Below are positions 13,821 through 22,527 of a DNA stretch of 43,786 bases, one piece after another (the first letter of the stretch is position 1; every line of letters begins with the position of its first letter). Origin of the DNA: an uncultured bacterium (GTDB lineage: Bacteria > Latescibacterota > MWCZ01); contig CAZWQW010000016.1 in the NCBI GenBank assembly GCA_964635955.1, forward strand, positions 1 to 43,786, given 5' to 3'. The notes beneath the pieces are model-generated. The model ran no database searches. It was not told the origin of the DNA and worked only from the letters and a program-made list of their open reading frames with translations. The position numbers were made by a program, and so were the translations under genes.

Positions 13821-15034
13821 AAACATTTTGGTACATCTCCGGGGACTTCACCAAGGAGCGTTCCCGGCGCATCGGTGCAAGCGATGTGCCCGCGCTTATC
13901 CCTAACCCCGAAAAGCCGACGGAAAGCCTCGCCGGGTACGAAAGGACCGCCGTCACGGTATGGGAGGAAAAAACCGGCCGCCGCGAACGGGAACCGGCGG
14001 GATTCCCGGCCGAAATGGGGCACTACCTCGAAGCGAAAGCAATAGAGCTTTTTATCCGAGGCATCGACCGGCGACAGGCCGACGAATATTTCATGGAACG
14101 CGCGCGGTACGACATCCTCAAGGCGCGTCTCGGCGACCAAGCGAAAGCCGCCGAATTCCAGCTTCCCGCGTGGCGTCACAACGTGCAATTTTACAACGAG
14201 GAATTTATTGTCCACCCGGATACGGTGTATGTGCCGCCGTATTGGGATGATGCGCATGATCCATTCAACCCGAGCCTTGTCGATGATTTCAGGGAACCAA
14301 TTAAAGCTCACGGCCACATTATCGACCTTTCCCGCCCCTTCCTCATCGAAGCGAAGTCTGCCCGCTTTTTCGCCGCCCGGCGTCCGGAAGGCTCCCTCGT
14401 CTCGGGGTATGACGTAGACCTCAAAACCTGGCAAGGCATCCCGCTCAAGCACTATGTGCAGATTCAATTTCAGCTCGCGCTCATGGAAGTCGAAATCTGC
14501 TATCTGCCCTTGATTTATGACACCTCAAGTTTCCACGTGTGGGAAATCCGCGCCGACAAAAAAATCCAGGGCGAACTCATCGACCTCGCCGGCCGTATGG
14601 CATGGTACATCAAAACCGACACGCCGCCGAAAGAACTCGCCATGAACGCCGCCGACGTGAAAGCCCTGTACCCGACCCTCACCGAAGATTTCGTCTACCT
14701 CTCGGGCGCCGAGCGCGACAAGGCCCTCGAATACGCCCACGCCCACGCGAAGGCCGATCGGCAGGTAAAAATCTGGACCGCGCGAAAAGAGGAAGCCGCC
14801 GACGCCCTCGCCGTGGTGCTGAAAGACCGCGCCGAAATCCGCGACGAAGAAGGGAAGATCGCGGGGTGGGTCACAAGGGACGGCGGCGAGCGCGTGAAAG
14901 GCGCGAAGGAAATCAAGAAGGAGGCCCCCGAGGAGTACAACCGCCTCAAGGTGCGGGGCTTCATCATCGAAAGCAAGCCGACGCGGTATGTGTCGGTAGC
15001 GAAACGCGAAATTGAAGAAGGAGAAACGAATTGA
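13817..15034 (+). CDS. YqaJ/lambda-Exo-like recombination exonuclease (PD-(D/E)XK)
   Basis: RRIGASDVPALI (the YqaJ N-terminal motif), IEAKSA, and HYVQIQFQLALMEV. Confidence 0.75.
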   Translation: MKTFWYISGDFTKERSRRIGASDVPALIPNPEKPTESLAGYERTAVTVWEEKTGRREREPAGFPAEMGHYLEAKAIELFIRGIDRRQADEYFMERARYDILKARLGDQAKAAEFQLPAWRHNVQFYNEEFIVHPDTVYVPPYWDDAHDPFNPSLVDDFREPIKAHGHIIDLSRPFLIEAKSARFFAARRPEGSLVSGYDVDLKTWQGIPLKHYVQIQFQLALMEVEICYLPLIYDTSSFHVWEIRADKKIQGELIDLAGRMAWYIKTDTPPKELAMNAADVKALYPTLTEDFVYLSGAERDKALEYAHAHAKADRQVKIWTARKEEAADALAVVLKDRAEIRDEEGKIAGWVTRDGGERVKGAKEIKKEAPEEYNRLKVRGFIIESKPTRYVSVAKREIEEGETN

Positions 15035-16284
15035 CCCAAACCGCCACCAAAACAGCCACCTGTTGCAACAAGCCCGCCCGCACCGGAAAACGCGCCGACT
15101 CGTCGGGCACCACCTACGCCGTATGGTGCGAGACTTGCGGGCGCCGGGGGATCGGCGCGACCGAAAAAGCCGCCGCCGACGCCTTCGCCAAGGCTACGCC
15201 CGACGCTTTCGCCGACAAGCCGTTCTACCCGCCCGCCCGTCCCGAAGACCTCCCCCGATTCGCGGCCGGTCGCCTCGCGGAATTCCAAGCCATCGCCGCG
15301 CCCTTCGTCCGGTCGGAACGCTCCGCCTTCGCCCGGATGGTGAAACAAAATATCCGGTACGTTATGGGCCTCAAGGGCGACGCCTGGAACAAGGTGTGGT
15401 CGACGCCCGAGGGGATACAATCGATCATCGACGCCCTGGAGGACGCCTTCTCCCTCGGCGCAACGCTCCCGGACATGGGCTGTTTCGTCCCCTACAACGG
15501 TATCGCGGAATTCATCCCGTCGGTCGAAGCCTACGAATTCGCGCTCACGACGGGGAAGAATGCGCCTTTTTCGTGGATTCACATCGAGCCGGTCTACAAA
15601 AACGACATTGTGAAAATCGCCCGCGTCAACGGCGCTTTCTCCCTGGAATTTACCAGCATCCAACCCGATCGAGGCGAGGTCGTTTCCGTCGCGGTCTACG
15701 GCCATTCGGTTCAGCACGGCCACGTCATCGGCGAGGTGTACACCGTAGAAAGACTCATCGAAAAGGCAAAACAGCATTCCGCATCGTATCGCTATTTTCT
15801 CCAGGACGTCGCCGCCTTCGAACAGGCACGAACCGAAGGAAAAGTCCTCAAGGAAAACGGCCGGGAGTACATCGTCAAAAAGATGTTCAAAAAGGGCGGC
15901 GATTCGTGGGACAAGAAACTTTTCCTCGACGAGATCGAAAACCCCTACGACGGCCCGGACCGACCGGAAATGCTCAGGAAAAGCGCGGGAAAATCGTTCC
16001 TTGCGAAATACATCCGCGTCCGCAACTCGCAAGCAGCCATCGACGAAATCCGGGGCGAGACCGACGGCACGGAAAAGGGCATTGAGGACGTGCTTGACCG
16101 GGCCCTTGACGCCGCGTTCGATCAGTTCCCGGAAGCTCCTGATGCTCCGGATGCGCCGGACGCCCCGCCGAGAACCGGGAGAGAAGAGAAACCGGCCGAA
16201 CCTTCCGCGCCCGAACCGCCCGAGGAACCGCCGCCCGAACCGGAAAAGCCCACCGCGAAAAAAGACGACGACGTATTATTTTGA
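15031..16284 (+). CDS. RecT-like single-strand annealing protein
   Basis: MGCFVPYNGIAEFIPSVEAYEFAL and VYKNDIV resemble the RecT core. It lies immediately downstream of the exonuclease. The C-terminus is acidic and Pro-rich, with PDAPDAPDAP. Confidence 0.6.
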   Translation: MTQTATKTATCCNKPARTGKRADSSGTTYAVWCETCGRRGIGATEKAAADAFAKATPDAFADKPFYPPARPEDLPRFAAGRLAEFQAIAAPFVRSERSAFARMVKQNIRYVMGLKGDAWNKVWSTPEGIQSIIDALEDAFSLGATLPDMGCFVPYNGIAEFIPSVEAYEFALTTGKNAPFSWIHIEPVYKNDIVKIARVNGAFSLEFTSIQPDRGEVVSVAVYGHSVQHGHVIGEVYTVERLIEKAKQHSASYRYFLQDVAAFEQARTEGKVLKENGREYIVKKMFKKGGDSWDKKLFLDEIENPYDGPDRPEMLRKSAGKSFLAKYIRVRNSQAAIDEIRGETDGTEKGIEDVLDRALDAAFDQFPEAPDAPDAPDAPPRTGREEKPAEPSAPEPPEEPPPEPEKPTAKKDDDVLF

Positions 16285-16299
16285 AGGAGGCCCGCAATA

Positions 16300-16578
16300 A
16301 TGAAAAAACTTTACCCTTTCCTCGCAATCCTCCTGCTCGCGGCCTGCTCCCTCCCATCGGACGACGACGAACCGGCCGCCACCACGAAGCCGCCCGACCC
16401 GCTCCCGATTTGCGGAACGCCGCTCCTGCCGCCGGTGGAGGAACCGACGGAGGCATCAACCGAGGGGGAAGGCATGAAAGCAAGCGAATCGAACGAACCA
16501 GAAGAAGTCACCAAACCGGCGGGTATGGCCGGTGAAACAACCACCCTCGTTATCGAGGAAAATTACCTAAGGAGGTAA
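16300..16578 (+). CDS. lipoprotein
   Basis: MKKLYPFLAILLLAAC contains an LAAC lipobox. The mature part is acidic and Pro-rich. Confidence 0.7.
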   Translation: MKKLYPFLAILLLAACSLPSDDDEPAATTKPPDPLPICGTPLLPPVEEPTEASTEGEGMKASESNEPEEVTKPAGMAGETTTLVIEENYLRR

Positions 16579-16583
16579 AAACC

Positions 16584-17177
16584 ATGACCTTAAAACCGCT
16601 CCCCATTTTCCCGGCGTACTTTTTCGACCTGAACGGCGTCCTGTGGGGCATACCCGCGACGTGTCAAGGCGAACACGACAAGGTGAAAATCGATATCGTC
16701 GAGATGGTCGACGGCACGGAAAAGCCCGTCGTGGTGGAGGCTTTCTGCATCGCGGACGGTATGATAGCCGTGCAGGTGGAAAACGGAACGAACGAAGCCG
16801 GGGAAAAACAGTACATGTATTTCGGACAAGCAGTCGGCGGAAACGACATCGATGAAATCGCGTGCAACTCGTTCGAATTCTCCGCCCCGATCCGCCAGAC
16901 CGTCGCGCTCGAGGGCTTCGCGTTCTACACCACCGTCTACAAGGGCGTCGAGTACACCGACATTTACAACACCGGCGCGGCCCTCGCGAAAGAGACGACG
17001 AATCCCAGGGGGTACGGCCCCGTCCGCGTGCCGATGGTCGACGCGTACCTTCTCACGGAAAACGGCCTCGTGTTCACCACCGGCAACACCGGCGCAGGGG
17101 CCTGCGGTCTCGCGTTCTGGCCGAAAAACCGGACGAGCATCAACCCGGTCGCCGAGGCGGGGAGGCTGTGGAGATGA
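16584..17177 (+). CDS. hypothetical protein
   Basis: 197-aa ORF with an AGGAGG ribosome-binding site upstream. Confidence 0.55.
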   Translation: MTLKPLPIFPAYFFDLNGVLWGIPATCQGEHDKVKIDIVEMVDGTEKPVVVEAFCIADGMIAVQVENGTNEAGEKQYMYFGQAVGGNDIDEIACNSFEFSAPIRQTVALEGFAFYTTVYKGVEYTDIYNTGAALAKETTNPRGYGPVRVPMVDAYLLTENGLVFTTGNTGAGACGLAFWPKNRTSINPVAEAGRLWR

Positions 17178-17224
17178 AAATTCCGGTCGTTGGCCGGTAG
17201 AAATATTTCAGGAAGGAGAAAATC

Positions 17225-17398
17225 ATGACCATCACTTTCAGATTCAAAGTCAAGGATTTCGTCAAGACGCCCCTCGGGGAAAAGGGATTCGTCACGAACG
17301 TCATGTCCGACGGATCAAAAAATTCGTGTTACGTCGAAACGAAAGCGGGCGGTTCTTGGCTTGATGAAGAAGACCTCGAACTGTGGGTCGGCGAGTAA
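17225..17398 (+). CDS. hypothetical 57-aa protein (below the ORF-track cutoff)
   Basis: AGGAGAAAATC precedes the ATG. Translation: MTITFRFKVKDFVKTPLGEKGFVTNVMSDGSKNSCYVETKAGGSWLDEEDLELWVGE. Confidence 0.45.
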   Translation: MTITFRFKVKDFVKTPLGEKGFVTNVMSDGSKNSCYVETKAGGSWLDEEDLELWVGE

Positions 17399-17407
17399 GC
17401 GGAAACG

Positions 17408-17443
17408 AAAAAGCCGGGACACATCGCCCCGGCTTTCTTTTTC
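17408..17443. terminator. bidirectional intrinsic terminator between the convergent early and late modules
   Basis: AAAGCCGGG (17410-17418) pairs with CCCGGCTTT (17428-17436). An A-run lies 5' and a T-run 3'. Confidence 0.75.
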
Positions 17444-17470
17444 TTCTGGTTGTTCGTTCGCTGGCCGCCC

Positions 17471-18469
17471 TCACGCCGCCGGGACGAGGATCACGACATA
17501 CGGCACGCCGACCACGAGGCCCTTGACGCGGGTTTCCGGGCCTATACGCGGAGTGCCGTTGATTCCATCAGATTGTGGATTAGTCGTATACCAATATGAT
17601 GTTCCAGCAACCGCTGTTCTTACAGCTCGTGCTCCATTACCGTTGGGAGCATCATCAGATGCAAAATTATCTAAATAATCGGGAGACCGAATATTATATC
17701 TAACCCCCTGCATCTGATCCGCCTGCACCGCGCCCAAAGTCGGCGCAACACCGCCAGTCGCGCCCATCGAGCGCAAAACGCGATTCCGCGCATCGACCAA
17801 TACCCGTGAGCCGGTCGCGCCGGGTGCGAGCAGCGCCTTTAAGTGCCACGCCTCGATGATCGTTTCAAGCGCCGTGCCCGAGCCGACGGACGTGCCGTCA
17901 AGGTGCACGCCCCAAGCGTTGAACACGGTGCCGGTCAAAGCGTCGCCGATACGGTGACGCCCGAGGGAGAATTTTTGCAAATACTGCGCCCCGTTGTAAT
18001 CGTGGATCGGGTGGCAATCGCCCGCCACAACGCGCCCGGCGGAATGGAGCGGGAAAAGCTCCGCGCCCTTGGGACACGCGAGCCAGTAGGTCGGATTCGT
18101 GAGTGGCGATTTGTTGAGGTTGCTGGTCGCGTTGACGCACACGAACTGCATACCGGCATAGGTGACAAGCTCCCCGACCGTCGAGTAGGTGGTTGTGCTT
18201 GACCACGCCGTTACGCCGTCGACGGTGTGACCGAGGGCCTCGTCGAAGGCGTCACAAAAATCGGATGCCGATTCGGATTCCGCGCCGTCGGATAGGTCAC
18301 CGGTGCGGAATTTTTTGATGAACGCGTAAAGCGCGTACAGTACGTCCGTCCCCCACGCTGCGAGAATGGCGGAACCGGTGTCGTCTCCGGGGTTGTCCTT
18401 TATTTGGCCCTCCGAGAATCCGGAAGAGGCGGCCGTGTAGTTTGCGAAAAGGGTTGAAATTTTACGCAT
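17471..18469 (-). CDS. tail fibre / receptor-binding protein (paralog 1)
   Basis: Carbohydrate-binding-like segment WSSTTTYSTVGELVTYAGMQFVCVN...NPTYW. Fibre-tip-like C-terminus GPETRVKGLVVGVPYVVILV. Confidence 0.7.
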   Translation of the reverse strand: MRKISTLFANYTAASSGFSEGQIKDNPGDDTGSAILAAWGTDVLYALYAFIKKFRTGDLSDGAESESASDFCDAFDEALGHTVDGVTAWSSTTTYSTVGELVTYAGMQFVCVNATSNLNKSPLTNPTYWLACPKGAELFPLHSAGRVVAGDCHPIHDYNGAQYLQKFSLGRHRIGDALTGTVFNAWGVHLDGTSVGSGTALETIIEAWHLKALLAPGATGSRVLVDARNRVLRSMGATGGVAPTLGAVQADQMQGVRYNIRSPDYLDNFASDDAPNGNGARAVRTAVAGTSYWYTTNPQSDGINGTPRIGPETRVKGLVVGVPYVVILVPAA

Positions 18470-18534
18470 GGGTTATCTCCTTTTATGGGTTGGGGTGGCA
18501 GTCAGGGCGTGGCGGGAAGGGCGGGCGGGACGCA

Positions 18535-19563
18535 TCAGGCGGCCACCATCGCGACGACGTACGGGACGCCGGCGACGAAGGATTTGCCGCGAGTTTCCGC
18601 GCCGTGACTTCCGGAGTTGGGGTTGGTGACGGATGGGGTGACGGCAACGGTTACCTGCCAATCGTCGCCTTTTATTGGTTCGACAAGTCCTCCGTTTACA
18701 TAGCACCTATTATTCGCGCCTGTCACTGGATTGTTGTCGGAAAGATAGTATCCGTTTGAATCTTTGAGCGTCCCCGAAGCGCTCGCACTCGACGCATGTC
18801 CGTGGTCCTGCATCATCGCCGCTTGCACCTCCGCCAGGGTCGCCGCGTTTCCGCCCGCCGCGCCCATAGAACGGATGACGCATTCCCGGAGGTCCTTCAA
18901 GGTGCGGACCCCGACCGCCTCGGGCGCGAAAATGTCTTTCGCCCAATGCGCGGCTACGGCCGTAGCCAAGGTCGAACCGCCGACAACCGTCGTGCCGTCG
19001 AGGTGGATGCCGTAGGCGTTGAACACGACGCCCGACGCGCCGCCGAAACGGTGCGAGCCGAGGGAAAAGGTTTGCTGGTAGTAGGTGCCGCCGAGCGTGT
19101 GCAAGGGCGACAATGTACCTGGCTGGATGATGCCTTCGGCGTACATCCGGTAGAGCATCCGCGATTCGGGAACCGGGAACCAGTACGTCGGGTTTTCGAA
19201 CGGCGGTTTGTTGGTGTTACCGGAATTGAGGATATTGATGAACTGCATCCCGTGATGAAAAACGACGGTGCCGAGCGTGCCGTACGTGGTCGCGGCCGAC
19301 CATTCGTTGACATCGGTGTTTTTCAGGCCCGCCATGATTTCGAGGGCGTCGAGCATGTCGGACGCGGTTTCCGATTCGTCGGTTTCAGACACGGCGCCTT
19401 TGTATTTCAGGATCGGCGCGAGGAGAGCGTAGAGGAAATCATTGTGCGTCAAAACGGTAATCCCCGAACCGGTTTCGTCGCCGGGATCGTCCTTGAGGCG
19501 GCCGAGAGAGTAGCCCGATGACGGCGGCGTGAAGTTGGTGAGATAATCGCGTGGGTCTTTCAT
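18535..19563 (-). CDS. tail fibre / receptor-binding protein (paralog 2)
   Basis: Collinear with 17471..18469 (NDFLYALLAPI, WSAATTYGTLGTVVFHHGMQFINIL, ETRGKSFVAGVPYVVAMV). The distal segment is divergent. Confidence 0.7.
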   Translation of the reverse strand: MKDPRDYLTNFTPPSSGYSLGRLKDDPGDETGSGITVLTHNDFLYALLAPILKYKGAVSETDESETASDMLDALEIMAGLKNTDVNEWSAATTYGTLGTVVFHHGMQFINILNSGNTNKPPFENPTYWFPVPESRMLYRMYAEGIIQPGTLSPLHTLGGTYYQQTFSLGSHRFGGASGVVFNAYGIHLDGTTVVGGSTLATAVAAHWAKDIFAPEAVGVRTLKDLRECVIRSMGAAGGNAATLAEVQAAMMQDHGHASSASASGTLKDSNGYYLSDNNPVTGANNRCYVNGGLVEPIKGDDWQVTVAVTPSVTNPNSGSHGAETRGKSFVAGVPYVVAMVAA

Positions 19564-19591
19564 GTCTTTTTTCTCCTCCTGGTCAGCCTGG

Positions 19592-20383
19592 TCATTCCGT
19601 CACCGCAACTTGAGCGATGCACCAATTGCGTAAAAATTTGCTCTGGATTATAAGCCGTTTGAGATAGCGAAACTCCTCCGGTGTCACCGGGTAGAGGTCG
19701 TCCGGGTCCGTCACGATAGCGCCTTCCGTGGGCGAGAGGAAAAAGAAGAAACCCCATTTTGTCGCGTCGGTCGGGATGGAAAACTGCACCGGCTGAGGCC
19801 GTGAGTAGGACGGATCGACCGTGCCGTATTCGACGGTGCCGTATTGCGTCGCAACGCCATATTGCGTCGTGTAAACCGTGCCAAGTTTTTTCGGCGGACT
19901 TGATACGATAAGTTCCCCGTACACCGTGCCGGGATCGATGCGGCTGGTGACTTGGCCGAACTGGATCGCGGGCGAGAATTGCGGCGTGGGCGAATCGAAT
20001 TGAATCGCGGTCGCTGGTTGCGGGGTGTTTTCGATGACGTAGAGCGGGAAACCGGCTTCCTGGATGCGGTCCTGGAGCCAGCCCGAGCCGCCTGAACCCT
20101 GATTGTAGGCGCGTTCCATCACGCGCGCGATGCGGTAGGCCGTCGTGACGCCGAGGAAATTGTTGATGCCGTATTTTGCTTCGAGGTCGTCGAGCGCGTC
20201 GGTCGGGATTGCGTCATTCGGAACGGCGGCGGAGAGGACGAAATTCTTGAAATCGACGACGCGGTTAAACTCTCCCGCGAGCCCGTTAAAAATCGCTGGT
20301 AGCCACGCCTGCCCCGTAAGCGCGGCCGGGTGGTCGGCGAGGCGGCGAAGCGTTCGAGCGATTGCGGCGGATATGTCGGCCAT
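19592..20383 (-). CDS. baseplate protein (Mu gp48 / YmfQ DUF2313-like)
   Basis: ATG 20383 follows GGAGAG. AWLPAIFNGLAGEFNRV...LDDLEAKYGI pattern. Position next to the baseplate J gene. Confidence 0.55.
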   Translation of the reverse strand: MADISAAIARTLRRLADHPAALTGQAWLPAIFNGLAGEFNRVVDFKNFVLSAAVPNDAIPTDALDDLEAKYGINNFLGVTTAYRIARVMERAYNQGSGGSGWLQDRIQEAGFPLYVIENTPQPATAIQFDSPTPQFSPAIQFGQVTSRIDPGTVYGELIVSSPPKKLGTVYTTQYGVATQYGTVEYGTVDPSYSRPQPVQFSIPTDATKWGFFFFLSPTEGAIVTDPDDLYPVTPEEFRYLKRLIIQSKFLRNWCIAQVAVTE

Positions 20384-20408
20384 GCGTTTCTCTCCTTTTC
20401 CTGCCAGA

Positions 20409-21548
20409 CTAAACCACGTCGACGAAGGTGGTTGAATTGAGTTTCGCAAACTCGCCGCCGTAGAGGATGTAGTTATTCAAAACGGTCCCGGTCGAGGTTT
20501 CCGTCAGCACGACTTGCAGGATCGTCGCGCCCGCTTCCGCCGCGAGGTCGAAGGCAATGGACGCGATGCCGGAATTCGTCACGGCGTTGTTGGTCGTCGC
20601 GGAAATGCCTTCGTTGTAGGGTTGGAGGACTTCCTCGATATATTCTTGGATCGCGGTTTCGATTGCGGCCTTGAGAATGTCCGTGCCGTTTTTGATATGG
20701 ATTTCCACGTCGAATGAATAGCGGGTGATCGGCAGGCATTCGATCGTGTCGCCGATGGGGGCGCGGTCCTTTTTCAGCGTGTCGGGGTTCGCCGTGAGGT
20801 AGGCGAGGAGCGTTACGAGCTGGCCCGAGGTCGGGATGCCGTCGGTTTGGTTGTCAACTTTGCCGTAGACGATGACCTTCCCCGGCACGTCCTCATCGGC
20901 ATAGGGTGAAACCCAAACGAAATTCGGCGCTTCGAGGCCCCACAGCTCATAATCCGCCGGGGATCCCCCGGTGAATCGTCTCTTGTAGCGGATCACGACG
21001 CGGGTGCGAAAATCGTCCTCCGTCTCCGCGTCGTCGCCGTCGGTCGTTGTCGCGGTGACAATGGCCGAGCCGGTGAGATAGGCTTTCGGCGAGACGACGG
21101 AAAGCTCTTCGCCGTTTGCCAGGTTCCCGGCGTCGCCTGCCGTGACGCATTCGAGCGTGCAGGAGCAGAAACCCGAGGCGATGGTGCCGCCGATGGTGAC
21201 ATTGTAGACAAGGCCGTTCGCGGTGAACTGCTCATCGGTGAGGACCGTCTCTCCGTCGGTGCCGTAGACGGACGCGACGATGAGCGCCTTTGTTGCGGCG
21301 GTTGGCGTGAGGCCGACGAGCTTCCCGAGGAGAATCAAATTTTCGTAGTCGGCTTTTTCGGGGAAAATTTGCGCGTAGACCCAAAAAATCGACGTGTAGA
21401 GGAGGAGAAAAAGCCCCGCGAGGGCCGAGGCGACGACGCGGACGAACGCCTTCGGGAGAATAGGAGCTGTTTGCCCGAGCGCCGTTTCGAAGTCGGAAAC
21501 GATGCGGGCTTTTATTTCAGCGGTCGTGGGGATTGTGGGCGCGGCCAT
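20409..21548 (-). CDS. baseplate J-like protein (Mu gp47)
   Basis: 379 aa, with size, position and an N-terminal IKARIVSDFETALG pattern typical of the baseplate J family. Confidence 0.7.
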   Translation of the reverse strand: MAAPTIPTTAEIKARIVSDFETALGQTAPILPKAFVRVVASALAGLFLLLYTSIFWVYAQIFPEKADYENLILLGKLVGLTPTAATKALIVASVYGTDGETVLTDEQFTANGLVYNVTIGGTIASGFCSCTLECVTAGDAGNLANGEELSVVSPKAYLTGSAIVTATTTDGDDAETEDDFRTRVVIRYKRRFTGGSPADYELWGLEAPNFVWVSPYADEDVPGKVIVYGKVDNQTDGIPTSGQLVTLLAYLTANPDTLKKDRAPIGDTIECLPITRYSFDVEIHIKNGTDILKAAIETAIQEYIEEVLQPYNEGISATTNNAVTNSGIASIAFDLAAEAGATILQVVLTETSTGTVLNNYILYGGEFAKLNSTTFVDVV

Positions 21549-21985
21549 CAGGTAGCCTCCTTAAATTGTGTCGTAAGAATTCCTTTGTCCCAGTTGAGCC
21601 GGTAGCGGGTCACGACGGTGGAACCGGGTTTGTAAATTTCCGCCTGCCATCCGATCGCGTAGACCGAAACGATTTCACCGGTGACGACGACTTTCTCGGC
21701 CGCCTTGATGTCGACGAGAAATTTCAGCGCCCGTTTGATTGCTTCAATGCCGTTATTTTTCGTCGCCTCGTCAACGCGGCCGGAATCGATCACGTCGGGG
21801 AAGGTCGAGACGTATTTTTCCTCGGGCGTCGCGGCTATCGCGTTTTGCCAGGTGTTGTGATTGCCGAAAACCGCGAGGATGACGGCGGACTCGAAACCCT
21901 CGGTCATGGAAGGTTGGCCATTGACGAACGTGGCGTCAATGTCGCCGTCGGATTCGCGGAGGAGAATGTCGCCGGAATAGGTCAT
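21548..21985 (-). CDS. baseplate protein (Mu gp46-like)
   Basis: 145 aa, assigned by synteny between the J-like and V-like genes. Confidence 0.5.
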   Translation of the reverse strand: MTYSGDILLRESDGDIDATFVNGQPSMTEGFESAVILAVFGNHNTWQNAIAATPEEKYVSTFPDVIDSGRVDEATKNNGIEAIKRALKFLVDIKAAEKVVVTGEIVSVYAIGWQAEIYKPGSTVVTRYRLNWDKGILTTQFKEAT

Positions 21986-22527
21986 GGTATTTTTACCTCC
22001 TCTACTTTCGCCGGGGTCATGTCGGCCGTACTTGCCGCGCCGACGAGCGGCGTGACGGCGGTCGAACCGCTTCCGGTCGATACGCCGGGGTGGGTGTGCA
22101 GGTTGAATTTGGTGGTAACGAAGCCGTCGAAGTCCGCCTTGAGCTGGTTGAACGCGGTGAGGAGCGCCTCATATTGCGTCGCGTGGTTGGTGCCCGCGTT
22201 GACGATGACGTTCCCGGTCGCGTCGAGTAGGATGGACGCCTGTTCCACGCCGTCGGCATCCGTCGAATAGACTTTCACTTCCCCCGGATTCGCGGGAGGC
22301 TCCACGGTCGAGGAGAACGCGGAAAAAACGAAATTGAGTTTTCCGATTGATAACCGGAGACACCGGACGCCTTTTGCCGGGCGGGACTGGAAGCCGTGGA
22401 AGCCGTACACGTCGGCCGTACCTGCGGCGCCGGCCTCGGAAGTGACGACGGCCTCGATGCGCTTTTTTCCGTCGGCGATGTCCCGGACGGTGGTCGATTC
22501 GATTTTGCCGAAACGGATTTCAAACAT
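21982..22527 (-). CDS. baseplate assembly protein V / spike (Mu gp45-like)
   Basis: 181 aa, OB-like N-terminus GKIESTTVRDIADGK..VYGFHGFQSRPAKG, plus synteny. Confidence 0.55.
   Translation of the reverse strand: MFEIRFGKIESTTVRDIADGKKRIEAVVTSEAGAAGTADVYGFHGFQSRPAKGVRCLRLSIGKLNFVFSAFSSTVEPPANPGEVKVYSTDADGVEQASILLDATGNVIVNAGTNHATQYEALLTAFNQLKADFDGFVTTKFNLHTHPGVSTGSGSTAVTPLVGAASTADMTPAKVEEVKIP

Noticed and set aside
11890-16085. Long antisense or off-frame ORFs in the early region (11890..12909, 12987..13826, 13751..14467 and 14695..16032 on the minus strand; 15012..16085 and 12870..13307 on the plus strand)
   Set aside because: They overlap genes with clear motifs (helicase, exonuclease, RecT-like). 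They have Arg/Gly/Pro-rich low-complexity translations typical of GC-rich shadow frames, and no ribosome-binding sites.
16136-16165. The PDAPDAPDAP-encoding 9-nt tandem repeat in the RecT-like C-terminus as a regulatory repeat
   Set aside because: It is short, in frame and synonymous-variable (CCGGAAGCT/CCTGATGCT/CCGGATGCG/CCGGACGCC), which is consistent with an ordinary low-complexity peptide linker.
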